Origin: an uncultured Gammaproteobacteria bacterium
Lineage (GTDB): Bacteria > Pseudomonadota > Gammaproteobacteria > CAISUE01
Direction of reading: 5' to 3'
DNA length: 64,000 bases
NCBI GenBank assembly: GCA_964471475.1
Contig: CAYYFQ010000001.1
Location: forward strand, 2,019 to 66,018
Shown here: positions 31,045 to 40,270 of the stretch, piece after piece
How positions within the stretch are numbered: the stretch's first letter is position 1
Layout of the letters: every line of letters begins with the position of its first letter
Translations under genes and position numbers: made by a program
The notes under the pieces: model-generated
Told to the model about the DNA's origin: nothing
The model's database searches: none
Seen by the model: only the letters and a program-made list of their open reading frames with translations

Positions 31045-31611
31045 TTAATCGCTTGAGCGTAACTGAGCAAGTATTTGGATCGCAACACTGCTGTTGGGAT
31101 TCATAGCAAGTGCTTTGTGTAAATATTTTTTGGCAAGTGTGGGTTGTTGATTAAGGTAGGCGCAAAGCCCTGCATTTTCTTCTACCGTGTCCATCGATAA
31201 ATAGGTGAGTTGATGCTCTGCTTGCGTAAGGTATTGCATTGCTTGATGATAATGGCCTTGTTGGCATAGAAATGCGCCATAATTATTGAGAACCTCAGGA
31301 TCACAGGGAAATGCTGCTAAGGCTTTTTGATAATATATCGCTGCAAGGCCGTCTCGCCCTGTGTTTTGGTAAAAATAAGCTAAGGCTAGCCATACTCGCG
31401 CATTATTTGGACTTTCTTTCTCCGCCAACCATAATTTTTCTTGAGCTAAGGCTGGTTTGTGTGCTTCCAAATAAGCTAAACCAAGCGCAACATTTAACTC
31501 CGCAGCACTGTCTAAGCTCTTCATACGATGGAAATCAGGAGAGTTTCCATTTCCTTCCGTGGTACATGCTACAAGGGTAATGAACAAAAACCAAAAAAAT
31601 ATTTTATGCAT
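31045..31611 (-). CDS. TPR lipoprotein, PilW/PilF-like
   Basis: 188-aa ORF with a lipobox (LVAC) and TPR repeats. It sits upstream of rodZ as pilW does in many gammaproteobacteria, but it is shorter than typical PilW. Confidence 0.6.
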   Translation of the reverse strand: MHKIFFWFLFITLVACTTEGNGNSPDFHRMKSLDSAAELNVALGLAYLEAHKPALAQEKLWLAEKESPNNARVWLALAYFYQNTGRDGLAAIYYQKALAAFPCDPEVLNNYGAFLCQQGHYHQAMQYLTQAEHQLTYLSMDTVEENAGLCAYLNQQPTLAKKYLHKALAMNPNSSVAIQILAQLRSSD

Positions 31612-31841
31612 TTATATTCAAAAAATTAAGATAAAAGATTCTTATTATAAAATTCTGTTCTCTCGCAAGTTAGCTTTTAGCTCAGAAAATCTCAGTTTTT
31701 GAATTATAAATTCGTCACAGCCATCCAAACACTCAATCTCTTCGACAATACGGGTGAGTCCATATATGAGGTAGAAAAATTTCCTCTGAATCGCCCCTCT
31801 CCGTTGCGAGGAGGCAGCAAAACTTCAAAAATCGTACTCCA

Positions 31842-32105
31842 CAGAGCTCTTCGCTGATGTATCCCTAAGTTTTTTTAAGTTTGTCATGCCTGCGTAGGCA
31901 GGCATCCAGGCAAGTAAGCATCGTGGGAAGTAAAAGTGAAGCGTACCTATATTTGATAAGCTAAGATTTTCGTCGCTTACATTACCTAAAAGCATGCTTA
32001 ACTGGATGCCTGCCTACGCAGGCATGACAACCGCTTAAGTTGACGCAGCAGTCTTCGCTAATATCACAATCGTTAGAAATTTTAGGGATACATCAGAGCT
32101 CTTCG
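31842..32105. mobile_element. MITE-like element, family E, interrupted by a family-A element
   Basis: Termini are cagagctcttcgctgatgtatccctaa (31842-31868) and ttagggatacatcagagctcttcg (32082-32105), which are inverted repeats. The family-A copy at 31881-32046 lies inside. Confidence 0.65.
31881..32046. mobile_element. MITE-like palindromic element, family A, copy 2 (nested)
   Basis: Perfect 29-bp inverted termini: ttgtcatgcctgcgtaggcaggcatccag at 31881-31909 and its reverse complement at 32002-30. It shares internal blocks (tgggaagtaaaa, cctaaaagcatgctt) and the right extension cgcttaagttgacgc with copy 1. Confidence 0.8.
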
Positions 32106-32145
32106 ACCTTGACCCACGCGCTCATAACCCCTAAGATAGAGCCCT

Positions 32146-33882
32146 ATGAAAAAATTGATTTTTATACTTTTTAGCTTTTGTATCGTGTTAAGCGGCTGCG
32201 TAGGATTTGTACCTAATGAGAGCGCTTCTAAACAAAGTTTTCCGACAGCAAAAAACAGGGCTTTTAAAAGAGCAAGCCCTCCTCAAGGACAAATCGCCAA
32301 GACTACTACCACCAGTACAAGCATTGCTTTGACTGATTTTACTGATTTAAGTTTAAACAACTATCAGCCTACCCAAGGAAACTTGTGGGATGAAATCGGA
32401 AGTGGTCTTACAATCGAAAGTCAAGAAAACCGACCAGAAGTGCAAGCACAAATTCGTTGGTTTATAAACCACCCTGCTTATCTTGCGCGCACTACAGAAC
32501 GCGCTCGACCTTATATGTATATTGTTTATCAAGAAGTGCAAAGCCGCCACTTACCTACAGAATTAGTATTACTTCCTATCAATGAAAGCGCTTATTACCC
32601 CTTTTCTTACTCATCCACCGGCGCTACGGGTATTTGGCAATTGATGCCAGGAACTGCAAGCGATTTTGGTTTAAAACGCAATGCATGGTATGACGGGCGA
32701 CGTGATATTTTTGATTCAACCAATGCGGCTTTAGATTATTTGACTTATTTGGCACATTACTTTAATGGAGATTGGTTGCTTGCCATTGCCGCTTATGATA
32801 CCGGCGAAGGTAATGTAGAGCGAGCGATTGCACGAAATGCACGCGCAGGATTACCTACCGATTTTTGGTCCTTACACTTAGCCGCTGAAACGCGTGCTTA
32901 CGTGCCACGCTTGATGGCTTTAGCTGCCATTATTGCGCACCCTGAACGTTATCCTGTCGCACTTCCCCCGATTGATGCAAAGCCCGTAGTCGCACCCGTC
33001 CACATCAATGGTCAAATTAAATTAACGGATGCGGCCAGATTCGCCGGTATTAGTGTCAATCAATTAAAATTACTCAATCCTGGATTAAGCCATACCATTA
33101 CTGATCCTAGCGGAGATTCAAAATTATTACTCCCTATCAACTCCATTGATTCCTTCAAAGAAAATTTATCTGGAGGGACGCCTTCTTCAGCTGGTACCGC
33201 TCCTACTTCTCCTGAAAGCTTTAGTCGTTACCGCGTCCAATACGGAGATACCATTGAATCCATTGCGAACCGCTTTAACATTAACGCAGATGACTTGCGA
33301 GCAGCTAATAGCTTGCTTGGGCATCACGTCCCTCCCGGCAAAGTTTTACTTATTCCTAACGTAGTTGAACATTACAAGCCAGCTACTACGATCAATTTAG
33401 ATCAAGCCAACTTACGATTGGAAACCACCAATAACAATTTCACCAACCGTAGGCAACTGACTGAAATGAATCGACGCAATATGCCAATTACTTTGACGCA
33501 TCAACCCGAAAATGACAGTGAAAAAGTAGATACGCGAGAAAGCATCCCCATCAACGCCGCTGTCATTAAAAAAGTTGCAAGCGCCGTTCCTTTAGGTGAC
33601 AAACACATCATTAAACATAAAGTCATGCGTGGAGAAACGTTGTCAAGCATTAGTAAACGCTATCATATCTCGATACAACAGTTGATTAATTTAAATCCGG
33701 GAATAGCCAATCGCCCCCTAAAACCAGGCGTCGTTATTATCATTCAAACCACCAATAAGCAAATGCGGGCGACTCCAGCTACTTTGACGAAAACTACGAA
33801 AGTGACGCAGAAAAAGATAGCAAGTAAGCAAATGGTGGCCAATAAGTCAAAAATGAAAAAGAAGATACAAGGAACAAATTAG
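32146..33882 (+). CDS. mltD: membrane-bound lytic murein transglycosylase D (SLT domain plus LysM repeats)
   Basis: 578-aa ORF with a lipoprotein signal (LSGC), an SLT catalytic region (ESAYYPFSYSSTGATGIWQLMPGTA...AAYDTGEGNV) and two LysM-like repeats (YRVQYGDTIESIANRF; HKVMRGETLSSISKRY). Confidence 0.85.
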   Translation: MKKLIFILFSFCIVLSGCVGFVPNESASKQSFPTAKNRAFKRASPPQGQIAKTTTTSTSIALTDFTDLSLNNYQPTQGNLWDEIGSGLTIESQENRPEVQAQIRWFINHPAYLARTTERARPYMYIVYQEVQSRHLPTELVLLPINESAYYPFSYSSTGATGIWQLMPGTASDFGLKRNAWYDGRRDIFDSTNAALDYLTYLAHYFNGDWLLAIAAYDTGEGNVERAIARNARAGLPTDFWSLHLAAETRAYVPRLMALAAIIAHPERYPVALPPIDAKPVVAPVHINGQIKLTDAARFAGISVNQLKLLNPGLSHTITDPSGDSKLLLPINSIDSFKENLSGGTPSSAGTAPTSPESFSRYRVQYGDTIESIANRFNINADDLRAANSLLGHHVPPGKVLLIPNVVEHYKPATTINLDQANLRLETTNNNFTNRRQLTEMNRRNMPITLTHQPENDSEKVDTRESIPINAAVIKKVASAVPLGDKHIIKHKVMRGETLSSISKRYHISIQQLINLNPGIANRPLKPGVVIIIQTTNKQMRATPATLTKTTKVTQKKIASKQMVANKSKMKKKIQGTN

Positions 33883-33891
33883 TGCTTTTTT

Positions 33892-34026
33892 CTAGGGCGT
33901 GTCCGTAAAAAGTATCGTTTGAAGCGAAAAAGAAGATAATCGAGGCGAATATTGGACATAATTTAACGAGGAGGATCGTGAAAATTGACCGATTTCGCTT
34001 CTTTTGCAGCCAAAAGATACTTCTAG
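33892..34026. mobile_element. MITE-like element, family C, copy 1 (right terminus degraded)
   Basis: About 90% identical to 50969-51132 apart from an 18-bp deletion. It begins ctagggcgtgtccgtaaaaagtatc and overlaps the corA stop codon at 34023-34025. Confidence 0.7.
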
Positions 34027-35156
34027 CTATCGGACCCATCCAACGAGTCAACCGTCATCAACTTACGCTGCGCTTTTCGAAAAGAAATTTGTAGCCAACC
34101 TACTTTATAAAAAATCGTCACTAAGCCAATCGCAATACTAAACATGACTAAGCATGCAATTGGATAACCATAATGCATATGCAATTCAGGCATATTCCAA
34201 TGCGAGTCATTATAATCAAAGTTCATTCCCCATAGACCCGCTAAAAAACTCAAAGGCAAAAAAATTGCTGAAAAAATAGTTAACGTCTTCATGATTTGGT
34301 TCATTTGATTTGACGTTAACGAAAAATAAATATCGAGCAAACCATTGCAATGCGCGAGCGTATTATCAAGCAAACCTATAGTCTCACTCATACGATCAGG
34401 AAATTGTTGAAACAAAACGGATTGCGCAGGCGTTACCACTTTAGTAGAAAACGCTGAGTTATTAAAAGTAACCCATTGCGTCATAACATCACGCTGCGCC
34501 CATAAATTTCTTTTTAACACCACAAGCCGCTTACGTAATTGAAAATAATTTTCAATAGAAAAAGTTTCGGGATTAATAATCAATTTACTCTCATAACCAT
34601 CAATATTTGTAGAGAGCGCTCGCACCAAGCGTGTGTAGGACGCCAAATACAACAACAATAATCGATACAAAAGAAAATCAGGCCCACTTTCACGAATATT
34701 AGAAATATTTTTATTTAAATCATTTAATATCATTGTCTCTGTATCATTAGCATCGGTTTGAACCGTAATCAATAGCTGTTTTCCTAAATAAAAACTGGTT
34801 TGTTGCCGCTTTTCATTAGGTTGATAATAATAAACATGAGTTAACAATAAATAATTTTGATGCAATACGCTAACGTGGGGATCTGCATTTAAATTTAACA
34901 CATCGCTTAATTCGACAAGATCCACATTCAGCTGTTTAAAAAGCTCATCAATTTTAGATTGCGGTACTTGTCCAATAATCATCACCCATACCGTGGACCA
35001 CTTTTGTAAAAAAGAAGGGAGGCTAGAAAGATTGTCCTCAATATTTTCCAAAGCAAGTCCATTCGCGTCATATCCAATAATTTTTATAGTAGGCTGCGCA
35101 AGAGAGAGAGTTGGAGCTCCAGGTGGTGGTGTCGTAGCAAGAGTAGTCATTGTCAT
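34023..35156 (-). CDS. corA: CorA family magnesium/cobalt transporter
   Basis: 377-aa ORF with two C-terminal TM segments and the GMNF signature (LAGLWGMNFDY). Confidence 0.85.
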   Translation of the reverse strand: MTMTTLATTPPPGAPTLSLAQPTIKIIGYDANGLALENIEDNLSSLPSFLQKWSTVWVMIIGQVPQSKIDELFKQLNVDLVELSDVLNLNADPHVSVLHQNYLLLTHVYYYQPNEKRQQTSFYLGKQLLITVQTDANDTETMILNDLNKNISNIRESGPDFLLYRLLLLYLASYTRLVRALSTNIDGYESKLIINPETFSIENYFQLRKRLVVLKRNLWAQRDVMTQWVTFNNSAFSTKVVTPAQSVLFQQFPDRMSETIGLLDNTLAHCNGLLDIYFSLTSNQMNQIMKTLTIFSAIFLPLSFLAGLWGMNFDYNDSHWNMPELHMHYGYPIACLVMFSIAIGLVTIFYKVGWLQISFRKAQRKLMTVDSLDGSDS

Positions 35157-35164
35157 TCCCCTTG

Positions 35165-37525
35165 TTAATTTCGTAATGGTTTACCGTTTTGTAGAGTATA
35201 TTGAATGCGAGCTTGCGTTTTAGGGTTATTGGCCAATTCTAAGAAATAATTCCGCTCCAAACGCAAGTACCATTCTTCATCCACTAAGCACTTTGCTTCA
35301 ATTTCACCGCCACATAAAATTTCCGCAATTTTGCGAGAGATTTCATAATCATATTGAGAAATAAATTGCCCTTCAAGCATATTAATTAACATAGCTTCAA
35401 TATTCGCAATTCCCGGCTTGCCAATCACAGGGATTTGGGGAGGCATAGGAGGTCTATAACCCGATATCATGAGCATTTTTGCTTGTGCAATCGCCACAAA
35501 TAAAATTTCATGAGGATTCATTAAAATGACATCGGCCATTGTTAAAAAACCTCGTGCGCGCGCATCTATCGCACAACTTGCAACTTCACCTTTAGCTATT
35601 TGTAAAAAATACCCCACCATATCGCGCATCGGATCATCACCTCGCGCTTCTTGGTTCGCTTTACGTGCAAATGCTAAACAGCCGCCACCTGCAGGCAATA
35701 AGCCAACTCCCACTTCCACTAAACCAATGTAAGATTCAAAAGCTGCCACCACACGATCGCAATACATTAAAAACTCACAAGAACCTCCAAGCGCCATTCC
35801 TCTTACTGCAGCAACTACCGGAACTACGGCATAGCGAAGCGCCATTGAAACACGTTGAAATTTTTCAACAATTGGGCGAATCCCTTCAACACCTTTTTTA
35901 GCAAAAACCTCACCGACTTGTTTTAAATTTGCACCAAAACTAAAGTTATTACCGTTACGTTGCCAAATCACCATCGGCTTTGCTTTGTGTTGCACAACTT
36001 CAAGCGCCGCCAGAATGCCATCTAGTACATCATCTCCAATAGTATTATTTTTACTTTTAAAGCTGAGAATGCCCACTTCATGATCCAATGTCCATAGCCG
36101 CACAGCATCAATTTCATACCAGGTTTGACCTTCATTAAAAGTTTCATTCAAGACTGCTTCTGGAAATAATTGTCTCTGATATACAGGCAGCTCAGACCGA
36201 CCGACATAAATAACTTGTTCTGGAGAAAAAGCCGCATTCAATTCATAAAAGCCACTCTCTAATACGTGGCCTAACCATTTAGGTAATGGTGCATTAACTA
36301 AACTTTTGCCTGCGGCAATATCCGCTTGCACCCATTGATAAACTTCTTGCATTCCCACCATTTGCCAGAGCTCAAAAACACCTTCACGCCAACCAAAACC
36401 CCAACGCATCGCCAGATCAATTTCTCGCACATTGTGCGCAATATCTGCAGCAAAATAAGCACAATAGTGAAAAATATCACTTAAACATAACCATAAAAAT
36501 TGAGCCTGTGGATGAGAAGCATTTTTTAACTGTGTCAAACGCATTTTTGCATCAGAAATTTTAAGAATGGCAAGCACTTCAGGATCTGCTTTCATGTTCG
36601 CTTCGCGATAATTTTTACTTGCAGGATCATAAACAGCTATCGCTTTACCTTGTTTAAAATAAATGCCAGCACCTGATTTTTGTCCGAATTTACCTTGTGA
36701 GATAAGCTCTTGCAAGAAAGCAGGAACTTCGTAATAACTGTGCCATGGATCTTCTGGCAAATTATTCGTCATTGTTTTAATGACATGCGAGAGCACATCA
36801 ATTCCCACTACGTCAATAGTTCTAAACAATGCGCTTTTTGCTCGACCAAAATCTTTGCCAGTAAGTTGATCCACCACCTCAAAAGGAATTTTCATTTCCA
36901 TTGCGCGATGCATCATCGCTAAAATTGAAAATACCCCCACTCGATTCGCAATAAAATTAGGAGTGTCTTTGGCACGAACCACCCCTTTACCAAGCGCTGT
37001 GGTTAAAAAAGTTTCCATGTTATCCATGACCGCAGACGAGGTGGTTTCATGCGGTGTAATTTCAACTAACGTCATGTAACGAGGTGGGTTAAAAAAGTGA
37101 ACTCCCAAAAATTGTGGTTTGATATTCTCTGGCAATACAGAAGCTAAAGCATCGATGCTTAAACCTGAAGTATTGCTACCAATGATTGCATCAGCTGAAA
37201 CATAAGGTGCAATTTTTTTGTATAAAGATTCTTTAATGTCTAAACGTTCAGCCACTGCTTCAAAAATAACGTCGCAATTTAATAATTCATTTAAATTGTG
37301 TTCGTAGTTGGCCGGCGTAATAAAATCAGCAAATGCTGGCATCGCAAGGGGTGAGGGTTTTAATTTTTTCAATCCCGCGATAGCTTTTAATACAATACTA
37401 TTTGGATTTCCTTCTTTAGCCGGAAGATCAAAAAGTAACGTAGAGATACCTGCATTAACCAATTGCGCTGCAATTTGTGCGCCCATTACACCCGCCCCAA
37501 GAACTGCTGCTTTTTTAACTTTCAT
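35165..37525 (-). CDS. 3-hydroxyacyl-CoA dehydrogenase / enoyl-CoA hydratase family fusion protein (FadN/FadB-like)
   Basis: 786-aa ORF with an N-terminal NAD-binding domain (KKAAVLGAGVMGAQIA) and 3HCDH domains, plus a C-terminal crotonase-fold region (AAVRGMALGGSCEFLMYCD). Confidence 0.85.
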   Translation of the reverse strand: MKVKKAAVLGAGVMGAQIAAQLVNAGISTLLFDLPAKEGNPNSIVLKAIAGLKKLKPSPLAMPAFADFITPANYEHNLNELLNCDVIFEAVAERLDIKESLYKKIAPYVSADAIIGSNTSGLSIDALASVLPENIKPQFLGVHFFNPPRYMTLVEITPHETTSSAVMDNMETFLTTALGKGVVRAKDTPNFIANRVGVFSILAMMHRAMEMKIPFEVVDQLTGKDFGRAKSALFRTIDVVGIDVLSHVIKTMTNNLPEDPWHSYYEVPAFLQELISQGKFGQKSGAGIYFKQGKAIAVYDPASKNYREANMKADPEVLAILKISDAKMRLTQLKNASHPQAQFLWLCLSDIFHYCAYFAADIAHNVREIDLAMRWGFGWREGVFELWQMVGMQEVYQWVQADIAAGKSLVNAPLPKWLGHVLESGFYELNAAFSPEQVIYVGRSELPVYQRQLFPEAVLNETFNEGQTWYEIDAVRLWTLDHEVGILSFKSKNNTIGDDVLDGILAALEVVQHKAKPMVIWQRNGNNFSFGANLKQVGEVFAKKGVEGIRPIVEKFQRVSMALRYAVVPVVAAVRGMALGGSCEFLMYCDRVVAAFESYIGLVEVGVGLLPAGGGCLAFARKANQEARGDDPMRDMVGYFLQIAKGEVASCAIDARARGFLTMADVILMNPHEILFVAIAQAKMLMISGYRPPMPPQIPVIGKPGIANIEAMLINMLEGQFISQYDYEISRKIAEILCGGEIEAKCLVDEEWYLRLERNYFLELANNPKTQARIQYTLQNGKPLRN

Positions 37526-37541
37526 AATTTACTTTACATCC

Positions 37542-38609
37542 TTAATTTTTGTGATGCCTCAAAATAGCTAATTCTATTAATTTTTCAATTAATGCTTCAT
37601 AAGAGAGTCCACTAGCTTGCCATAGCATCGGATACATACTGATCGAAGTAAAACCAGGAATAGTATTGATCTCGTTTAAATAAATTTTATTATCTGGCGT
37701 TAAGAAAAAATCCACGCGTGCAAAATCAGCACAGGATAGCACTTTAAATGCTTCCATCGCATACGCTTTGATTTTTTTAACCACCGCCTCTGGCAAATCT
37801 GGATTAGTCACCAAAGTGGCGCCGTTTTCATCAAGATACTTAGCTTCATACGAATAAAATTCATGATGAGGAATAATTTCCCCGAGTACGGCGGTAGCTA
37901 GATTTTCGTCGTTGCCCAATACAGCACATTCAATTTCACGCCCATTAATGGCTTCTTCAATAAGAATTTTTTTATCATGCGCAAAAGCAAGGTGCAACGC
38001 TTTTTCAAATTCCGCTTGATTATGCACTTTAGAAACACCCACAGAAGAGCCTGAGTTACACGGCTTCACAAAGAAAGGAAGCTGAAGAGAGTGGACTATT
38101 TTCTCAAAATCAAGAGGCTGTTGATAGCGATGAAAGACTAAAGCTTTCGCAACTGGAATACTTGCGGCTTCGAGCAAGCGCTTGCTCACGTCTTTATCCA
38201 TACAAATCGCGGACCCTAACACCTCACTCCCCACACAAGGCGTATTCATCAAACGCAATAAGCCTTGCACGGTGCCATCTTCGCCATTGGTTCCATGCAA
38301 TATAGGGAAAACCACATCCACTTTAGGTAAACTCGGTAATAATTCCGCGGAGATTAACTGTTGGTTATTGCCAGGTCGTAAACTTAAACTCGCCACTTCT
38401 ACTGGTTTAGATTCTAAAGCACTCATACCCGTATGTTCTAACAAAACTGCCGGGCTTAGTTTGTGCCATTGACCTTGGTGGTCAATACCAACAATGCTGA
38501 TATCAAATTTAGTTTGATCTAGCGCCTTGTATACATTGGCAGCAGAGCGAAGAGACACTTCATGTTCCTCGGATTGACCACCGCATAGCAATAAAATATG
38601 TTTTTTCAC
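37542..38609 (-). CDS. ddl: D-alanine--D-alanine ligase
   Basis: 355-aa ATP-grasp protein with LLCGGQSEEHEVSL, FPILHGTNGEDGTVQG and LNEINTIPGFT motifs. Confidence 0.9.
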   Translation of the reverse strand: MKKHILLLCGGQSEEHEVSLRSAANVYKALDQTKFDISIVGIDHQGQWHKLSPAVLLEHTGMSALESKPVEVASLSLRPGNNQQLISAELLPSLPKVDVVFPILHGTNGEDGTVQGLLRLMNTPCVGSEVLGSAICMDKDVSKRLLEAASIPVAKALVFHRYQQPLDFEKIVHSLQLPFFVKPCNSGSSVGVSKVHNQAEFEKALHLAFAHDKKILIEEAINGREIECAVLGNDENLATAVLGEIIPHHEFYSYEAKYLDENGATLVTNPDLPEAVVKKIKAYAMEAFKVLSCADFARVDFFLTPDNKIYLNEINTIPGFTSISMYPMLWQASGLSYEALIEKLIELAILRHHKN

Positions 38610-38611
38610 TT

Positions 38612-39148
38612 TTATTCGTCCTTGATTTTGTACTGCTTAATCCCCGCCTCGATTTCTTTGATAGCTTCATCAACACCCATCCATTTGTCGACACGCGCCC
38701 ATTTGTTAGCCTCTAAGTCTTTGTAATGTTCAAAGAAATGAGAAATTTGCTTGATAAACGCTTCAGGCACATCTTCATAAGACTTAATATGCGCATACAT
38801 CGGGGATAATTTATCAGTAGGCACGGCAAGCACTTTGTTGTCGACACCTTTTTCATCTGTCATTTGCAGCATACCAATCGCACGACAACTAATGACAGAA
38901 CCACTTATTACGGGATAAGGTGTCATGACCAAGACATCGACAGGGTCTCCATCGTCTGACAACGTCATAGGCACATAGCCATAATTGGCTGGATAAAACA
39001 TGGCTGTACTTACGAATCGATCGACAAATAAAGCCCCTGTATCTTTATCCATTTCATATTTTACAGGCATCGTTTGCATGGGTACTTCGATGACAACGTT
39101 CACTACGTAAGGGGCATTTTTACCAGGAGAAACTTGGTGTAATAGCAT
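38612..39148 (-). CDS. ppa: inorganic pyrophosphatase
   Basis: Family I PPase (VVIEVP...KYEMDKDTG...DGDPVDVLV). The start was set at [10 protein letters not shown] (39148), which has AAGGA about 10 nt upstream and aligns with the usual N-terminus. The track ORF extends to 39178. Confidence 0.9.
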   Translation of the reverse strand: MLLHQVSPGKNAPYVVNVVIEVPMQTMPVKYEMDKDTGALFVDRFVSTAMFYPANYGYVPMTLSDDGDPVDVLVMTPYPVISGSVISCRAIGMLQMTDEKGVDNKVLAVPTDKLSPMYAHIKSYEDVPEAFIKQISHFFEHYKDLEANKWARVDKWMGVDEAIKEIEAGIKQYKIKDE

Positions 39149-39212
39149 AAAAGGGTTTTCCTTCATTAAATAAACCACGCATTATATACCTTTTCAAATA
39201 ATTATTGAAAAA

Positions 39213-40094
39213 TTATATTTCAGAGAAAAAAATATCATGAGATTGTTTTGCTGCTTTTTTCCCCACACAATACGGGCATTGTTCGCCACGAATATAAAGA
39301 GGGGATTGTTGTTCTTCTATAGTCAAGGGATTTAAACATGCAAAACACATGACCGCTTCAGTTTCTTTGAGGTGATTATCAAGCGCTACACGCTTGTCAA
39401 AAACAAAACAATCACCATCGTAATGCGCTCCTTCGCATTCTTCAAAATATTTAAGAATACCACCATCGAGTTGATATACTGATTCAAAACCTAATTGATC
39501 CATATACAATGCGGCTTTTTCGCAACGAATACCACCAGTACAAAAAGTAACGATTTTTTTACTTTTCAATTCAGATAACAAGGATTTAATTTTTTCAGGA
39601 AACTCTCGAAAATGATCTAAGTCCAATTTCACCGCATTATGAAAGCTCCCTAAACGATATTCATAATCATTCCGTGTATCTAACATAATCACTTGTTCAT
39701 CCTGATTATCTAACCAAGCTTTTAACTCTTTTGGCGCTACTGTTTTTGCACGCTGTTGATTTTGGCAGATCATTGGTGCATTCATACTAATAATTTCTTT
39801 TTTAATTTTGATAAGCAAGCGCTTGTAGGGGATCGTTGCCGACCAACTGTCTTTCCAAGGGATATTTAAAAATCGCTCATCTTCTTCCAGATAACCACGA
39901 AAAGCGTTGATAGAATCTGGTGTGCCCGCCATAAAAATATTAATGCCTTCTCCACTTAAAAGAATCGTTCCCTTCAAACCTAATGCCGCTGCTTTTTCTT
40001 TAAAAGCAGTTTGTAACTCACTGATATTGTTTAGCAAAATGAATTTGTAACCTGAGATATTAAGTATAGAATGATGAATAGTCATAGTCTTCAT
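39213..40094 (-). CDS. trhO: rhodanese-domain tRNA uridine(34) hydroxylase (UPF0176/YceA family)
   Basis: 293-aa ORF with an N-terminal YceA-like region, a rhodanese active-site loop (FCTGGIRCEKA) and a C-terminal Cys cluster. Confidence 0.85.
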   Translation of the reverse strand: MKTMTIHHSILNISGYKFILLNNISELQTAFKEKAAALGLKGTILLSGEGINIFMAGTPDSINAFRGYLEEDERFLNIPWKDSWSATIPYKRLLIKIKKEIISMNAPMICQNQQRAKTVAPKELKAWLDNQDEQVIMLDTRNDYEYRLGSFHNAVKLDLDHFREFPEKIKSLLSELKSKKIVTFCTGGIRCEKAALYMDQLGFESVYQLDGGILKYFEECEGAHYDGDCFVFDKRVALDNHLKETEAVMCFACLNPLTIEEQQSPLYIRGEQCPYCVGKKAAKQSHDIFFSEI

Positions 40095-40135
40095 ATTTAA
40101 GATATTTGCAGGGCAATATTATACACGAAAAGCTG
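40093..40135. repeat. 43-bp direct repeat, copy S1 (trhO start/5'UTR/-10 region)
   Basis: atatttaagatatttgcagggcaatattatacacgaaaagctg matches 50643-50685 at 37 of 43 positions without gaps. On the minus strand it contains a perfect TATAAT (40118-40123) about 24 nt upstream of the trhO ATG. Confidence 0.75.
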
Positions 40136-40270
40136 TATAGCCTTTAACATTTAGCTTCATACGGTGTTGCAAGTTCATTCGCCTTCGGTCATGTACGTCT
40201 ATGTACACTCCCTCGACTCATTCACTTGCGCCTTGTCTGAAACTAAATCTTAAAGGCTGTAACTACAGCT
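40131..40270. mobile_element. MITE-like element, family F
   Basis: Arms of about 50 bp are inverted repeats at roughly 75% identity: agctgtatagcctttaacatttagcttcatac... versus ...gtctgaaactaaatcttaaaggctgtaactacagct. It overlaps the GNAT stop codon at 40263-40265. Confidence 0.65.
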
